In this document: piece by piece, positions 16,762 to 26,063 of the stretch | Numbering within the stretch: position 1 is the first letter of the stretch | Layout of the letters: every line of letters starts with the position of its first letter | Assembly: GCA_047972125.1 (NCBI GenBank) | Contig: JBKEAK010000208.1 | Span: 1,543-65,542 of the forward strand | Source: Halodesulfovibrio sp. | GTDB taxonomy: Bacteria; Desulfobacterota; Desulfovibrionia; Desulfovibrionales; Desulfovibrionaceae | DNA length: 64,000 bases | Reading direction: 5' to 3' | Notes under the pieces: model-generated | What the model was told of the DNA's origin: nothing | What the model saw: only the letters and a program-made list of their open reading frames with translations | Databases searched by the model: none | Position numbers and translations under genes: made by a program

Positions 16762-17640
16762 TCAGACCCGCACCTCCACAGCCTCGCTGGGCGCATAGCC
16801 AAAATGCCGTTTGAACTCGCGGCTGAATTGGGAGGAGCTTTCATAGCCGACCATGTGGGCAGCAACCCCCGCCTGCAGGCCCTGCGCCACCAGCAGCTGC
16901 CGCGCCTTTTCCAGCCGGATGCGCTTGAGATACTGCACGGGCGACAGCGATGTGGCCGCCTTGAAATGGTCATGAAATGAACGCACGCTCATATTGGCCG
17001 TCTCCGCCAGCGCGGTTACGTCCAGCTGGGTGGAGTAGCTGTCGTGCATCACCCGTAGCGCGGAAACTACTCGGGCATAAGCGCTCTCGCCACGGGCCGC
17101 CGAGGCGAGAATATGCCCCTGCCGCCCCGCAAGCACGCGATAATAGATTTCACGCACGGCCTGCCTGCCGAGAATGAGCGCCTCTTCCCTGCTTTCCAGA
17201 CTTTGCAGAAGGCGCAGCATGGCATTCTGCAGAGGTTCCGACATGGTGTCGAGAAACGCGCCTGCGTGCCTGTCCGTGCCGTCCGCCTCCGCATCGGCCC
17301 CACTGCCCAGCGTATCCAGAATCTCCCGCACCACCAGATAATCGATGCCGACCGTCACGGAAAGAAACGGTTCTTCCGGCGTGGCAGCGGTTTCACACTC
17401 AAAGGGACCCACCGCAGGCACCACCAGATAGTGGCCCGTATCATAGGTGAATGACCTGTCGGAAAGGTGCGCTGTCTTACGTCCCTGCACCACAAGGCAC
17501 AGGCAGGCATTGTATACCAGCGGGTTCTTGGGCACGGGTGCTCCCGCACGGTACAACGTGACATCGTCCAGAAACGTGGGAGTCGCACCGTCGCTCTGAG
17601 CGAGCCGGACAAAAGCACTGCGCAGTGCCGGATCTGTCAT
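16762..17640 (-). CDS. AraC-family transcriptional regulator, YqhC-like (cupin/AraC_N-type sensor domain plus a double HTH)
   Basis: C-terminal AraC HTH (SVRSFHDHFKAATSLSPVQYLKRIRLEKARQLL...VGYESSSQFSREFKRHFGYAP). It is divergent from a yqhD-like gene, as in E. coli yqhC-yqhD. Confidence 0.8.
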   Translation of the reverse strand: MTDPALRSAFVRLAQSDGATPTFLDDVTLYRAGAPVPKNPLVYNACLCLVVQGRKTAHLSDRSFTYDTGHYLVVPAVGPFECETAATPEEPFLSVTVGIDYLVVREILDTLGSGADAEADGTDRHAGAFLDTMSEPLQNAMLRLLQSLESREEALILGRQAVREIYYRVLAGRQGHILASAARGESAYARVVSALRVMHDSYSTQLDVTALAETANMSVRSFHDHFKAATSLSPVQYLKRIRLEKARQLLVAQGLQAGVAAHMVGYESSSQFSREFKRHFGYAPSEAVEVRV

Positions 17641-17918
17641 GTCATTCTCCTTTTCTTCACCCTGTCAAGCCGGTCAGCCTGCCACAGCAATACTGCGCGG
17701 CCATCTTCCACCATCGCTTACCACACGCCCCACCGCAGAACCACACATCTGCCGGGGCTTGCATGAATAGGCACGACATCCGCAGAATCAGGTATTCAAT
17801 TCTTCCGGCATATGCGAGATTACTCCAGCATACACATTGCCCGCTCACGACTTCACGCCCCGCAACGCACCGGGCACACGGGCAGCACGACAACCCGATT
17901 ATTCACAGGAGAAACACC

Positions 17919-19070
17919 GTGAACAACTTCATTTACCAGAACACCACCCGCATCATCTTTGGCGAAGGCCAGATCAAGGCCATTGCCGACGCCATTCCCG
18001 CAAACGCCAAGGTGCTGATCACCTACGGCGGGGGTTCCATCAAGAAAAACGGCGTGTACGATCAGGTCGCCGCAGCGCTTGCCGGTCATACATGGAGCGA
18101 ATTCGGCGGCATTGAGCCCAATCCGCAGTACGACACCCTGATGAAGGCCGTGGCCCGCATCCGTGAAGAAGGCTTCGACTTCCTGCTCGCCGTGGGCGGC
18201 GGCTCCGTGCTGGACGGCACCAAGTTCATCGCCGCAGCCGTGCCCTACACCAAGGGCGACCCGTGGAACATTCTGACCAACTTCGAATCCGTGCCGCAGG
18301 CGCTGCCCATCGGCTGCGTGCTCACCCTGCCCGCCACCGGCTCGGAAAGCAACGGCGGAGCCGTGGTTTCCCGTGGCAGCGACAAGCTCTTTTTCGTTTC
18401 CGAGCCTGTGCGCCCCAAGTTTGCCGTGCTCGACCCCGCAACCACGCTCAGCCTGTCGCCGCGTCAGGTAGCCAACGGCGTTGTGGACGCCTTTGTGCAC
18501 ACCATGGAACAATACCTGACCTATCCGGTCAACGCCAAGGTGCAGGACCGCTTTGCAGAAGGCCTGCTGCTCACCCTGATAGAAGAAGGCCCCAAGGCCC
18601 TTGCCACGCCGGAAGACCTTGCCGTGCGCGCAAACATCATGTGGACTGCCACCCTTGCCCTGAACGATCTCATCGGCTGCGGTGTGCCGCAGGACTGGAC
18701 CACCCACATGATCGGCCATGAACTTACCGGTCACTTCGGTCTGGACCACGGCAGAACCCTCAGCATCGTGCTGCCTGCTGTCATGCGCTACAGACGCACG
18801 CAGAAAGAAGGCAAGCTGCTGCAGTATGCCGAGCGTGTTTTCGGCATAACCGAAGGTACCGCCGAAGAGCGAATCGACAAGGCCATTGCCGCAACAATCG
18901 ACTTCTTCCGCACCATGCAGGTGCCTGTATCCCTGACTGATGCCGGGCTTGATGCCGCCGCCATAGACAAGGCCGTGCAGAGCCTTGCGGAGCATAACCG
19001 CACCGGCATGGGTGAGCGCGGAGACATCACCCCCGAAGACTGCCGCGCCATCCTGAAGCTGGCCCTGTAG
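17919..19070 (+). CDS. yqhD: NADPH-dependent iron-containing alcohol dehydrogenase / aldehyde reductase, YqhD type
   Basis: GTG 17919 is preceded by AGGAG. VNNFIYQNTTRIIFGEGQI...VLITYGGGSIKKNGVYDQV...FGGIEPNPQYDTLMKAV...LLAVGGGSVLDGTKFIAAA is collinear with E. coli YqhD as I recall it. Confidence 0.85.
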   Translation: MNNFIYQNTTRIIFGEGQIKAIADAIPANAKVLITYGGGSIKKNGVYDQVAAALAGHTWSEFGGIEPNPQYDTLMKAVARIREEGFDFLLAVGGGSVLDGTKFIAAAVPYTKGDPWNILTNFESVPQALPIGCVLTLPATGSESNGGAVVSRGSDKLFFVSEPVRPKFAVLDPATTLSLSPRQVANGVVDAFVHTMEQYLTYPVNAKVQDRFAEGLLLTLIEEGPKALATPEDLAVRANIMWTATLALNDLIGCGVPQDWTTHMIGHELTGHFGLDHGRTLSIVLPAVMRYRRTQKEGKLLQYAERVFGITEGTAEERIDKAIAATIDFFRTMQVPVSLTDAGLDAAAIDKAVQSLAEHNRTGMGERGDITPEDCRAILKLAL

Positions 19071-19097
19071 TTACCAAGCGGACACGCAAATAAATAA

Positions 19098-19125
19098 GGC
19101 CGGAGCGGGTGCGCTCCGGCCTTTT
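19098..19125. terminator. Rho-independent terminator between convergent yqhD and hflX
   Basis: ggccggagcg (19098-19107) pairs with cgctccggcc (19112-19121), followed by TTTT. Confidence 0.8.
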
Positions 19126-19149
19126 CACATGCTTCAAACAAAATCACTG

Positions 19150-21030
19150 CTACTGAATGATCCCCTTGCCGTCGCCGTCCCAGGCGTCCCATTCATCAAA
19201 GGGAACATCCTCCACGACCTCTTCGGCCATGATGCCCTGATACTGCACAAGCCCGCGCTCCCAGTCCACGCGGGAAACTATGGCCTTGGAAAGATCTTCC
19301 AACCCTTCGCCGCTGCTCGCGCTGATGGGTATGGCCTGCGGGTAGGAATACCGCATGCCCTGTCGGGCTTCTTCGTCCAGCGTATCCCACTTGTTCAGGA
19401 TAAGTATGGTGGGAATGTCATGCAGCCCCAGTTCGTTCAGAATGGATTCCACGGCGGTAATCTGCTTATCCACCTCGGGATGTCCGGCATCCGCCACGTG
19501 CAGCAGCAGGTCGGCGGCTTCGAGCTCCTCAAGGGTGGCCTCGAAGGCCTCTTTCAGCTCTTTGGGCAGACTGCGGATGAATCCAACGGTATCCGTAAGA
19601 ATCAGCTCACGCTCCATGGGGAAACGAAGCCTGCGGGTTGTCGGGTCCAGCGTGGCAAACAGCTTGTTTTCCGCCAGCACATCGGAGTTGGTCAGGGTAT
19701 TCAGCGTGGTGGACTTGCCCGCGTTGGTATAGCCCACCAGTGCGGCCACGGGCACGCGGGCCTTTGCGCGGCGGTCGCGGGCGTATGAACGCTGTTTGCT
19801 CAGCGTCTTCAACTCGCCCTTGATGCGGGCAATGCGGTCGCGAATCTTGCGGCGGTCCGTCTCCAGCTTGGTTTCACCGGGACCACGGCCACCGATGCCA
19901 CCCATGAGCCTGTCCATGGCGCGGTTTTTCCCCACAAGGCGGGGCATGGTGTACTGCAGCTGGGCCATTTCCACCTGCAGCTTGCCCGCACGCGATGTTG
20001 CATGCTGAGCGAAAATATCGAGAATGAGCTGGGTGCGGTCCAGCACCTTTCGTTCGGTGGCATCCGTCAGGTTGCGCAACTGCGCGGGCGACAGTTCGCC
20101 GTCAAAGACGACAAGACCGGCGTTCCCCTGCAGGCACAGCACTTCAAGTTCGGCCAGCTTGCCTTTGCCCATGATGAACTTGGGGTTCATCTGCGGCACG
20201 CGCTGGATGATCTGCCCCACCACGGCAATGCCTGCGGTGCGGGCCAGTTCGCGCAGCTCCTCCAGATAGGATTCCTGCACCTTGCGCGGCTGGGTGCTTA
20301 CGCTTACCAGCACGGCGCGTTCTCCCTCGCCATCTGCCACACGGGCATCGGTAAGGGCACGCGCCATTTCGTCTTCCAGCGCCTCGGTCTGGGCGTTGAA
20401 GTCCACCTCAACCCTGTCCCACGGCTCCATGTCGTGCAGGGTGTATGGCTTGGGCCCATCGGGCAGTACCTCCCCCCTGCGCGGTGCACGTCGGCTGACG
20501 GAAACTTCCTCTTCAGCCTCGGCGTCATCGTCCTCTGCCTGCCGGGTGGGCAGCAGATGCGCAAACTGGAACCGCGCCGGAGAACCGAACTCGTCCAGCG
20601 TGATCACCCCCACGGAATCGAGCCGCAGAAAGAGCATGTCCATCAGGTCTTCCTGAGACAACGGCGTATCCGTGAGGTGGGTATGCATGAGGCGCAGACC
20701 GCGCAGACGCCCGCTGCCCAGACGGGCGCGGGGCAGTTCCGGAATATAGATGGCGCCCGTATCGCCAACAATGACCAGCTGCGGCCGTCCCTGACGGTCG
20801 ATGAGAAGGCCGATCTGACGGGCAATGCTGGCGGAAAGCGCGGCAAGTTCGCGCCCCTGTTCGAGCGTGTAGCCCCCCTGCGAGGGATATCTGCGGGTAT
20901 ACAGTCGCTGCAGGGCCTTGAGCTGGCTGGGCTTGAGCCCCTGAGTGTTACCGAGAACGGAAGCTATGGCGTGCTCCTTCTGGAACGGGTTGCGTTGGCA
21001 GGGAAACGGCTGAGCGGTTCCCGAATACAC
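19150..21030 (-). CDS. hflX: GTPase HflX (long form with an N-terminal extension and acidic insert)
   Basis: HflX N-domain (ERAVLVSV...), G-domain motifs GYTNAGKSTTLN (G1), DTVGF (G3) and NKWD (G4). The start codon is uncertain. Confidence 0.85.
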   Translation of the reverse strand: MYSGTAQPFPCQRNPFQKEHAIASVLGNTQGLKPSQLKALQRLYTRRYPSQGGYTLEQGRELAALSASIARQIGLLIDRQGRPQLVIVGDTGAIYIPELPRARLGSGRLRGLRLMHTHLTDTPLSQEDLMDMLFLRLDSVGVITLDEFGSPARFQFAHLLPTRQAEDDDAEAEEEVSVSRRAPRRGEVLPDGPKPYTLHDMEPWDRVEVDFNAQTEALEDEMARALTDARVADGEGERAVLVSVSTQPRKVQESYLEELRELARTAGIAVVGQIIQRVPQMNPKFIMGKGKLAELEVLCLQGNAGLVVFDGELSPAQLRNLTDATERKVLDRTQLILDIFAQHATSRAGKLQVEMAQLQYTMPRLVGKNRAMDRLMGGIGGRGPGETKLETDRRKIRDRIARIKGELKTLSKQRSYARDRRAKARVPVAALVGYTNAGKSTTLNTLTNSDVLAENKLFATLDPTTRRLRFPMERELILTDTVGFIRSLPKELKEAFEATLEELEAADLLLHVADAGHPEVDKQITAVESILNELGLHDIPTILILNKWDTLDEEARQGMRYSYPQAIPISASSGEGLEDLSKAIVSRVDWERGLVQYQGIMAEEVVEDVPFDEWDAWDGDGKGIIQ

Positions 21031-21115
21031 GAACGCCCCGCAGGCGGGTCATGCCCGGCCTGCGGAGGCGGTTACGTCAGACACAATGTGCATACCGGTG
21101 TCACCGGCACGCGGG

Positions 21116-21715
21116 CTACGCCGTCTTGGAAGACAGGTAGTCGGTAATCATGCGGTCGTAGTTTGAGGTGCGCTCAAAGGTCTTGGCAGCCATGCGGCGG
21201 CGGAATTCCAGCCCCACACGCATTTCGTTGGCCTTCAGCTCCGCAGAAACCTCGGCGTAGTCTGCCGGATCGGGCAGCACCAGCATGCTGTGGAAGTTCT
21301 TGGCGGTTGCGCGCAGCATGCAGGGACCACCGATATCGATTTCCTCGATGGCGGCCCTGAGGTCCAGTCCCTTACGGGCAGCCTCTGCAAAGTTGTACAG
21401 GTTCACCACGATGAGATCAAAGGCGGCAATGCCCAGTTCCTTCAGCGTGGAAAGATGCTCGGGGTTATCCTTGTCGGCAAGGATGCCCGCATGAATATGC
21501 GGGTGCAGCGTCTTGACGCGTCCGCCAAGGATTTCCGGAAAACCGGTAACCTTGCTCACGGGCGTGACCTTCAGCCCCGCCTCGGTAAGCATGCGTGCCG
21601 TGCCGCCGGTGGATACCAGCTCAACACCGTTCTCGTGCAGGAAGGTGGCAAACTCCACCAGCCCGGACTTGTCGGTAACGCTGAGCAATGCTCGTTTAAT
21701 GGGCAAAAGGTCCAT
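21116..21715 (-). CDS. Stand-alone IMP cyclohydrolase-type domain (MGS-like N-terminal domain of PurH)
   Basis: ATG 21715 is preceded by GGAGG. IKRALLSVTDKSGLVEFA...VSTGGTA...TGFPEILGGRVKTLHPHIHAGIL matches the PurH N-terminal domain. The ORF stops after ~199 aa with no AICAR-formyltransferase part. Confidence 0.75.
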   Translation of the reverse strand: MDLLPIKRALLSVTDKSGLVEFATFLHENGVELVSTGGTARMLTEAGLKVTPVSKVTGFPEILGGRVKTLHPHIHAGILADKDNPEHLSTLKELGIAAFDLIVVNLYNFAEAARKGLDLRAAIEEIDIGGPCMLRATAKNFHSMLVLPDPADYAEVSAELKANEMRVGLEFRRRMAAKTFERTSNYDRMITDYLSSKTA

Positions 21716-22008
21716 GCGTCCTCCATATATGCACAGTTCAATGGTACCCGTGGCTTGCCAGAATACAGAACTGATGGCAAGCCCGCCCGACCATGGGAAC
21801 AGGCGGGCATGACTCCTCCGCATTCTCTGTACCACGCTTCCGGCATTGTTGCGAGCGGCAAGCACACAAACCGACAACATGAACAGTCCACCGCCAAAAG
21901 GCTGACTCATGCATGGGCAAAAGCACGCTGGATAATCAGCAACCCCGCGAAAATCCTTGGCGCGCATCTGCAAAACATGAGTGGCTCGCCCTTTGCAAAT
22001 CAGACGGC

Positions 22009-22800
22009 ATGGATCTGTTCAACTTCAATACCACCGAATTTTTCAGCTTCCTGCTGACATTCATGCGCCTCAGCCTTGTGGTGTTCATGCTCCCCGTCTT
22101 CGGTGGAGAGAGCGCCCCGAAAACGGTAAAGGCCGCACTCTGCATTGTGCTGACGCTGGCGCTCTTTCCCTCGCTTGCGGTGAAAGGACAGGCCATGCCC
22201 GAGCACCCCTTCGACCTGATCAGGATAATGGCTTCCGAAGCCGTTCTAGGGCTGGTGCTGGCTCTTGCCGTGGAGTTCATCTTTGCGGGCATTCAGACCG
22301 GCGGGCAGATACTCGGCTTTCAGATGGGCTTCACCATGATCAACGTGGCCGACCCGTTGACCGGCACCACTGTTTCCATCACCTCGCACTTTCTCTACCT
22401 CGTTTCGCTGCTCACCTTCATGACGCTGAACGGCCACCTGCACATGCTCAGGGCGCTTGCCCAGACCTTCGAGGCCATTCCTCCCGGCCAACTGGTCATC
22501 GGCCCGGCCATCGTGCACCAGATTCTGGACCTTTCCGGCATCATGTTCACGCTGGCGGTAAAGATCGCCGCGCCGGTCATGGCCGCACTCTTTCTCGTGG
22601 AACTGGCGCTCGCCCTGATGGGCCGCGCCGCACCGCAGATGAACCTTCTGCAGCTCGGCTTTCCCCTGAAGATCGGCGTAGGCTTCTTCTTCATGGGTCT
22701 TCTCTTCACCATCATGTCCCGGCGCATCGGCGACTTCGTCATTGAGATAGGCCCCCTGTTCGGCCATCTCATTGACGCCATGTCTCCGCTTCCCAAGTAA
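22009..22800 (+). CDS. fliR: Flagellar type III export apparatus protein FliR
   Basis: About 260-aa polytopic protein immediately upstream of flhB. It contains FLLTFMRLSLVVFMLPVFGG. Confidence 0.85.
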   Translation: MDLFNFNTTEFFSFLLTFMRLSLVVFMLPVFGGESAPKTVKAALCIVLTLALFPSLAVKGQAMPEHPFDLIRIMASEAVLGLVLALAVEFIFAGIQTGGQILGFQMGFTMINVADPLTGTTVSITSHFLYLVSLLTFMTLNGHLHMLRALAQTFEAIPPGQLVIGPAIVHQILDLSGIMFTLAVKIAAPVMAALFLVELALALMGRAAPQMNLLQLGFPLKIGVGFFFMGLLFTIMSRRIGDFVIEIGPLFGHLIDAMSPLPK

Positions 22801-22812
22801 GGAGGACGTGGC

Positions 22813-23883
22813 ATGGCACAGAAAGATCCGAGCAGAACAGAACGAGCGACACACAAACGTCGCAAAAAAGCCAGAAACAAGGGTAATGTTCCGAAGGCGC
22901 AGGAGCTTGGCAAGGTTGTTTCCGTCATCGCGGGCATGTACGGCCTCTACGCCTGGATTGGCGTCATCTATGACAGCCTGCACAAGATCATGGTCCGCTT
23001 TCTGCGCGACAGCATGACCTTCACCGTTACTCCCGAAAGCATTTACGACCTCATGCAGTGGCTTTCCATCGAGCTGGCCAAGATGCTTGTTCCGCTGCTC
23101 CTCTTCATCGCCTTTCTGGCCTATCTCAACATGCGCCTGCAGGTGGGCAAGCTGTGGACCACTGAAGTGTTCAAATTCAAGGGCATGCAGTTCAACATCG
23201 TAGCGGGCCTCAAGCGCATGTTCATTTCGCCGCAGACCCTCATAAGACTCGGCAAAAGCCTGCTGCAAGCCGTTGCTATCGGCATTGCTCCCTATCTGGT
23301 GCTCAAGGCGGAAATGCACAACTTTCTGCCGCTCTACTACATGGATGCCGCCGGTCTCAGCGTCTACATGCTGGAAACCAGCCACCGCATGGTGCTGTAT
23401 GCGCTGGTGCCCATGATCCTCATCGCCATCGGCGACCTGTGGTACACCCGCTGGGACTACGAAGAAAACCTCAAGATGACCAAGGATGAAATCAAGGACG
23501 AACGCAAGCAGGCCGAAGGCGACCCCAAGGTCAAGGCCGAGCAGCGCAAGAAGATGATGCAGATAATGATGCGCCGCATGATGCAGGACGTGCCCAAGGC
23601 GGACGTGGTTATCACCAACCCCACGCATATTGCCGTGGCCATCCGCTACGACGCGCTGGAGGCCCCCGCCCCCCGCGTGCTGGCCAAGGGTGCCGATCAC
23701 ATTGCAGAAAAGATCAAGGAAATTGCCCGCGAAAACGGCATTCCCCTGCGGGAAAACGTTCCTCTGGCACGTGCCTTGTATAAGTCGGTGGAAGTAGGGG
23801 ACATGATTCCCGAGGATCTGTACAAGGCTGTGGCATCCATTCTTGCAAGCCTGCACAAATTCAAAGGAAGTAGAAGAGGTTAG
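22813..23883 (+). CDS. flhB: Flagellar export apparatus switch protein FlhB
   Basis: N-terminal KTEKPT-like motif (SRTERATHKRRKKARNKGNVPKAQE) and the NPTH autocleavage site (VVITNPTHIAVAI). Confidence 0.95.
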   Translation: MAQKDPSRTERATHKRRKKARNKGNVPKAQELGKVVSVIAGMYGLYAWIGVIYDSLHKIMVRFLRDSMTFTVTPESIYDLMQWLSIELAKMLVPLLLFIAFLAYLNMRLQVGKLWTTEVFKFKGMQFNIVAGLKRMFISPQTLIRLGKSLLQAVAIGIAPYLVLKAEMHNFLPLYYMDAAGLSVYMLETSHRMVLYALVPMILIAIGDLWYTRWDYEENLKMTKDEIKDERKQAEGDPKVKAEQRKKMMQIMMRRMMQDVPKADVVITNPTHIAVAIRYDALEAPAPRVLAKGADHIAEKIKEIARENGIPLRENVPLARALYKSVEVGDMIPEDLYKAVASILASLHKFKGSRRG

Positions 23884-23939
23884 GGCAACCCCAAGCTTCT
23901 TGCAGAACACACTCGCTATCCATCAAAGGTGTCGGAAAA

Positions 23940-26063
23940 ATGGCAAAAGCAGAAATAGCAGCGCCGAAAATCAACTACGAAAGATTTGCCAAGCACGGCG
24001 ATATTCTGCTGGCAGGCGGTGTGGTCACCATTCTCTTCGTGATGCTGGTGCCCCTGCCCACCTTCTTTCTCGACATCATGCTCTGTCTGAGCATTTCACT
24101 GGCGCTCATCATTCTGGTGACGTCCATGTTCATGCTCTCCCCGCTGGAATTTTCCATCTTCCCCTCCCTGCTGCTGGTGAGCACGCTGTTGCGTCTCGCC
24201 CTCAACGTCGCCTCCACCCGACTCATCCTGCTGCACGGGGACGAAGGCACAAGCGCTGCCGGTTCAGTCATCCAGTCATTCGGCGAGTTCGTCGTAGGCG
24301 GGAACTACGTTATCGGTGCGGTAATCTTCTGGATTCTGTTCATTCTCAACAAGATGGTTATCACGGCGGGTACCACGCGTATCGCGGAAGTGGCAGCACG
24401 ATTCACCCTTGACGCCATGCCCGGTAAGCAGATGGCCATTGAAGCCGACCTGAACGCCGGCCTCATCGACGAAGAAACGGCCAACGAAAAACGCGACATC
24501 ATCCGCCGCGAAGCAGACTTCTACGGCGCCATGGACGGTGCGGGCAAGTTCGTTCAGGGTGACGTGACTGCAGGCCTGCTCATCACCATGGTAAACATCA
24601 TCGGTGGCATACTCATCGGCATCGTGCAGAAGGACATGCCATGGCAGGATGCGCTCACCACCTATACCCTGCTCACCATCGGTGACGGTCTGGTTGCCAC
24701 CATCCCTTCGCTCATCATCTCCACCTCCGCGGGTATCATCGTTTCCCGTGCGGCGGCAGAAGCAAAGATGGGCGAAGAATTCATCGGCCAGCTGACCTTC
24801 AACTCCCGCGCCCTGAAGCTGGTGGCATTCGTGCTCCTCGTCTTCGCGCTGGTTCCTGGCATGCCCTTCCTTCCCTTCACGATTTTTGCCTGCGGTCTGT
24901 TCTTCATCTCCAAACTGGTCAGTGAATCCAGCGACGGCGTTGCCGACCGCACCGGTGCCAAGAAGGGCGCAAAGGGCGGCAAAAGCGGTGGCAAGGCAGA
25001 TTCCCCGAGCCTCGACACGCCGGAAGAAGTTCAGGCCCTGCTGCCGCTGGACGCACTGGAACTGGAAGTGGGCTACGGCCTCATCCCGCTGGTGGACGAA
25101 GAACAGGACGGCAACCTGCTCTCCCGCATACGCTCCATCCGCAGGCAGTTCGCTCTGGACGTGGGCGTGGTTGTTCCTTCGCTGCACCTGCGCGACAACC
25201 TGCAGCTCAAGCCCGGTCAGTACTCCGTGCTGGTAAAGGGCAACACCGTGGCCGGAGCGGAAATACTCATCGACCATTACCTTGCCATGGACCCGGGCGA
25301 TGCAAAGCATCACATCAAGGGCATAGAAACCCGCGAACCCGCCTTCAACCTGCCTGCCCTGTGGATTCCGCAGAGCCAGAAGGAAGAAGCCATGCTCGCA
25401 GGGTACACCGTGGTGGACCCCTCAACGGTCATCGCCACCCACCTGACGGAAGTGTTCAAACGCCATCTGTCCGACTTCCTCGGCAGACAGGAAGTGCAGA
25501 GCCTGCTCGACAACCTTGCCAAACACGCGCCCAAGGCCGTGGAGGAACTGGTGCCCGGCATCCTTTCCCTCGGCGTGGTGCAGAAGGTGCTGCAGAATCT
25601 TGTGCGGGAAAACGTATCCGTCCGCGACCTGCTCTCCATCGTGGAAACGCTGGCCGACTTCGGCCCCGGCGTGAAGGACCCCGACGTGCTTACCGAATAT
25701 GTGCGCGAGCGCCTGTCACGCACCATCGTGAAGCCTTACATGGACAGCAACAGCGTTCTGCCCATCATTACGCTGGACCCCTCTGTGGAAAAAACCGTAC
25801 AAGAGGCCATCCGCCGCTCCGATGGCGGCTCGTATCTGGCACTTGACCCGGCAACGGCCCAGCGCCTCATACAGGCCGTCAACCAGAGCGTGGAAAATGC
25901 CGTGGGTACGGACGGTCAGCCCGTTCTGCTTACCTCTCCTGTATCCCGTCCGCATCTTGCGCAGCTGCTCATCCGCTTCCTGCCTACGGTGCCGGTCATC
26001 TCGCAGGCAGAAATTCCCTCTGACATCAGGCTCACCTCTGTGGGCAGCGTAGGATTGAAGTAA
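23940..26063 (+). CDS. flhA: Flagellar export apparatus protein FlhA
   Basis: 707 aa with a conserved FHIPEP region (FSIFPSLLLVSTLLRLALNVASTRLIL, GKQMAIEADL) and a cytoplasmic ring domain. Confidence 0.97.
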   Translation: MAKAEIAAPKINYERFAKHGDILLAGGVVTILFVMLVPLPTFFLDIMLCLSISLALIILVTSMFMLSPLEFSIFPSLLLVSTLLRLALNVASTRLILLHGDEGTSAAGSVIQSFGEFVVGGNYVIGAVIFWILFILNKMVITAGTTRIAEVAARFTLDAMPGKQMAIEADLNAGLIDEETANEKRDIIRREADFYGAMDGAGKFVQGDVTAGLLITMVNIIGGILIGIVQKDMPWQDALTTYTLLTIGDGLVATIPSLIISTSAGIIVSRAAAEAKMGEEFIGQLTFNSRALKLVAFVLLVFALVPGMPFLPFTIFACGLFFISKLVSESSDGVADRTGAKKGAKGGKSGGKADSPSLDTPEEVQALLPLDALELEVGYGLIPLVDEEQDGNLLSRIRSIRRQFALDVGVVVPSLHLRDNLQLKPGQYSVLVKGNTVAGAEILIDHYLAMDPGDAKHHIKGIETREPAFNLPALWIPQSQKEEAMLAGYTVVDPSTVIATHLTEVFKRHLSDFLGRQEVQSLLDNLAKHAPKAVEELVPGILSLGVVQKVLQNLVRENVSVRDLLSIVETLADFGPGVKDPDVLTEYVRERLSRTIVKPYMDSNSVLPIITLDPSVEKTVQEAIRRSDGGSYLALDPATAQRLIQAVNQSVENAVGTDGQPVLLTSPVSRPHLAQLLIRFLPTVPVISQAEIPSDIRLTSVGSVGLK

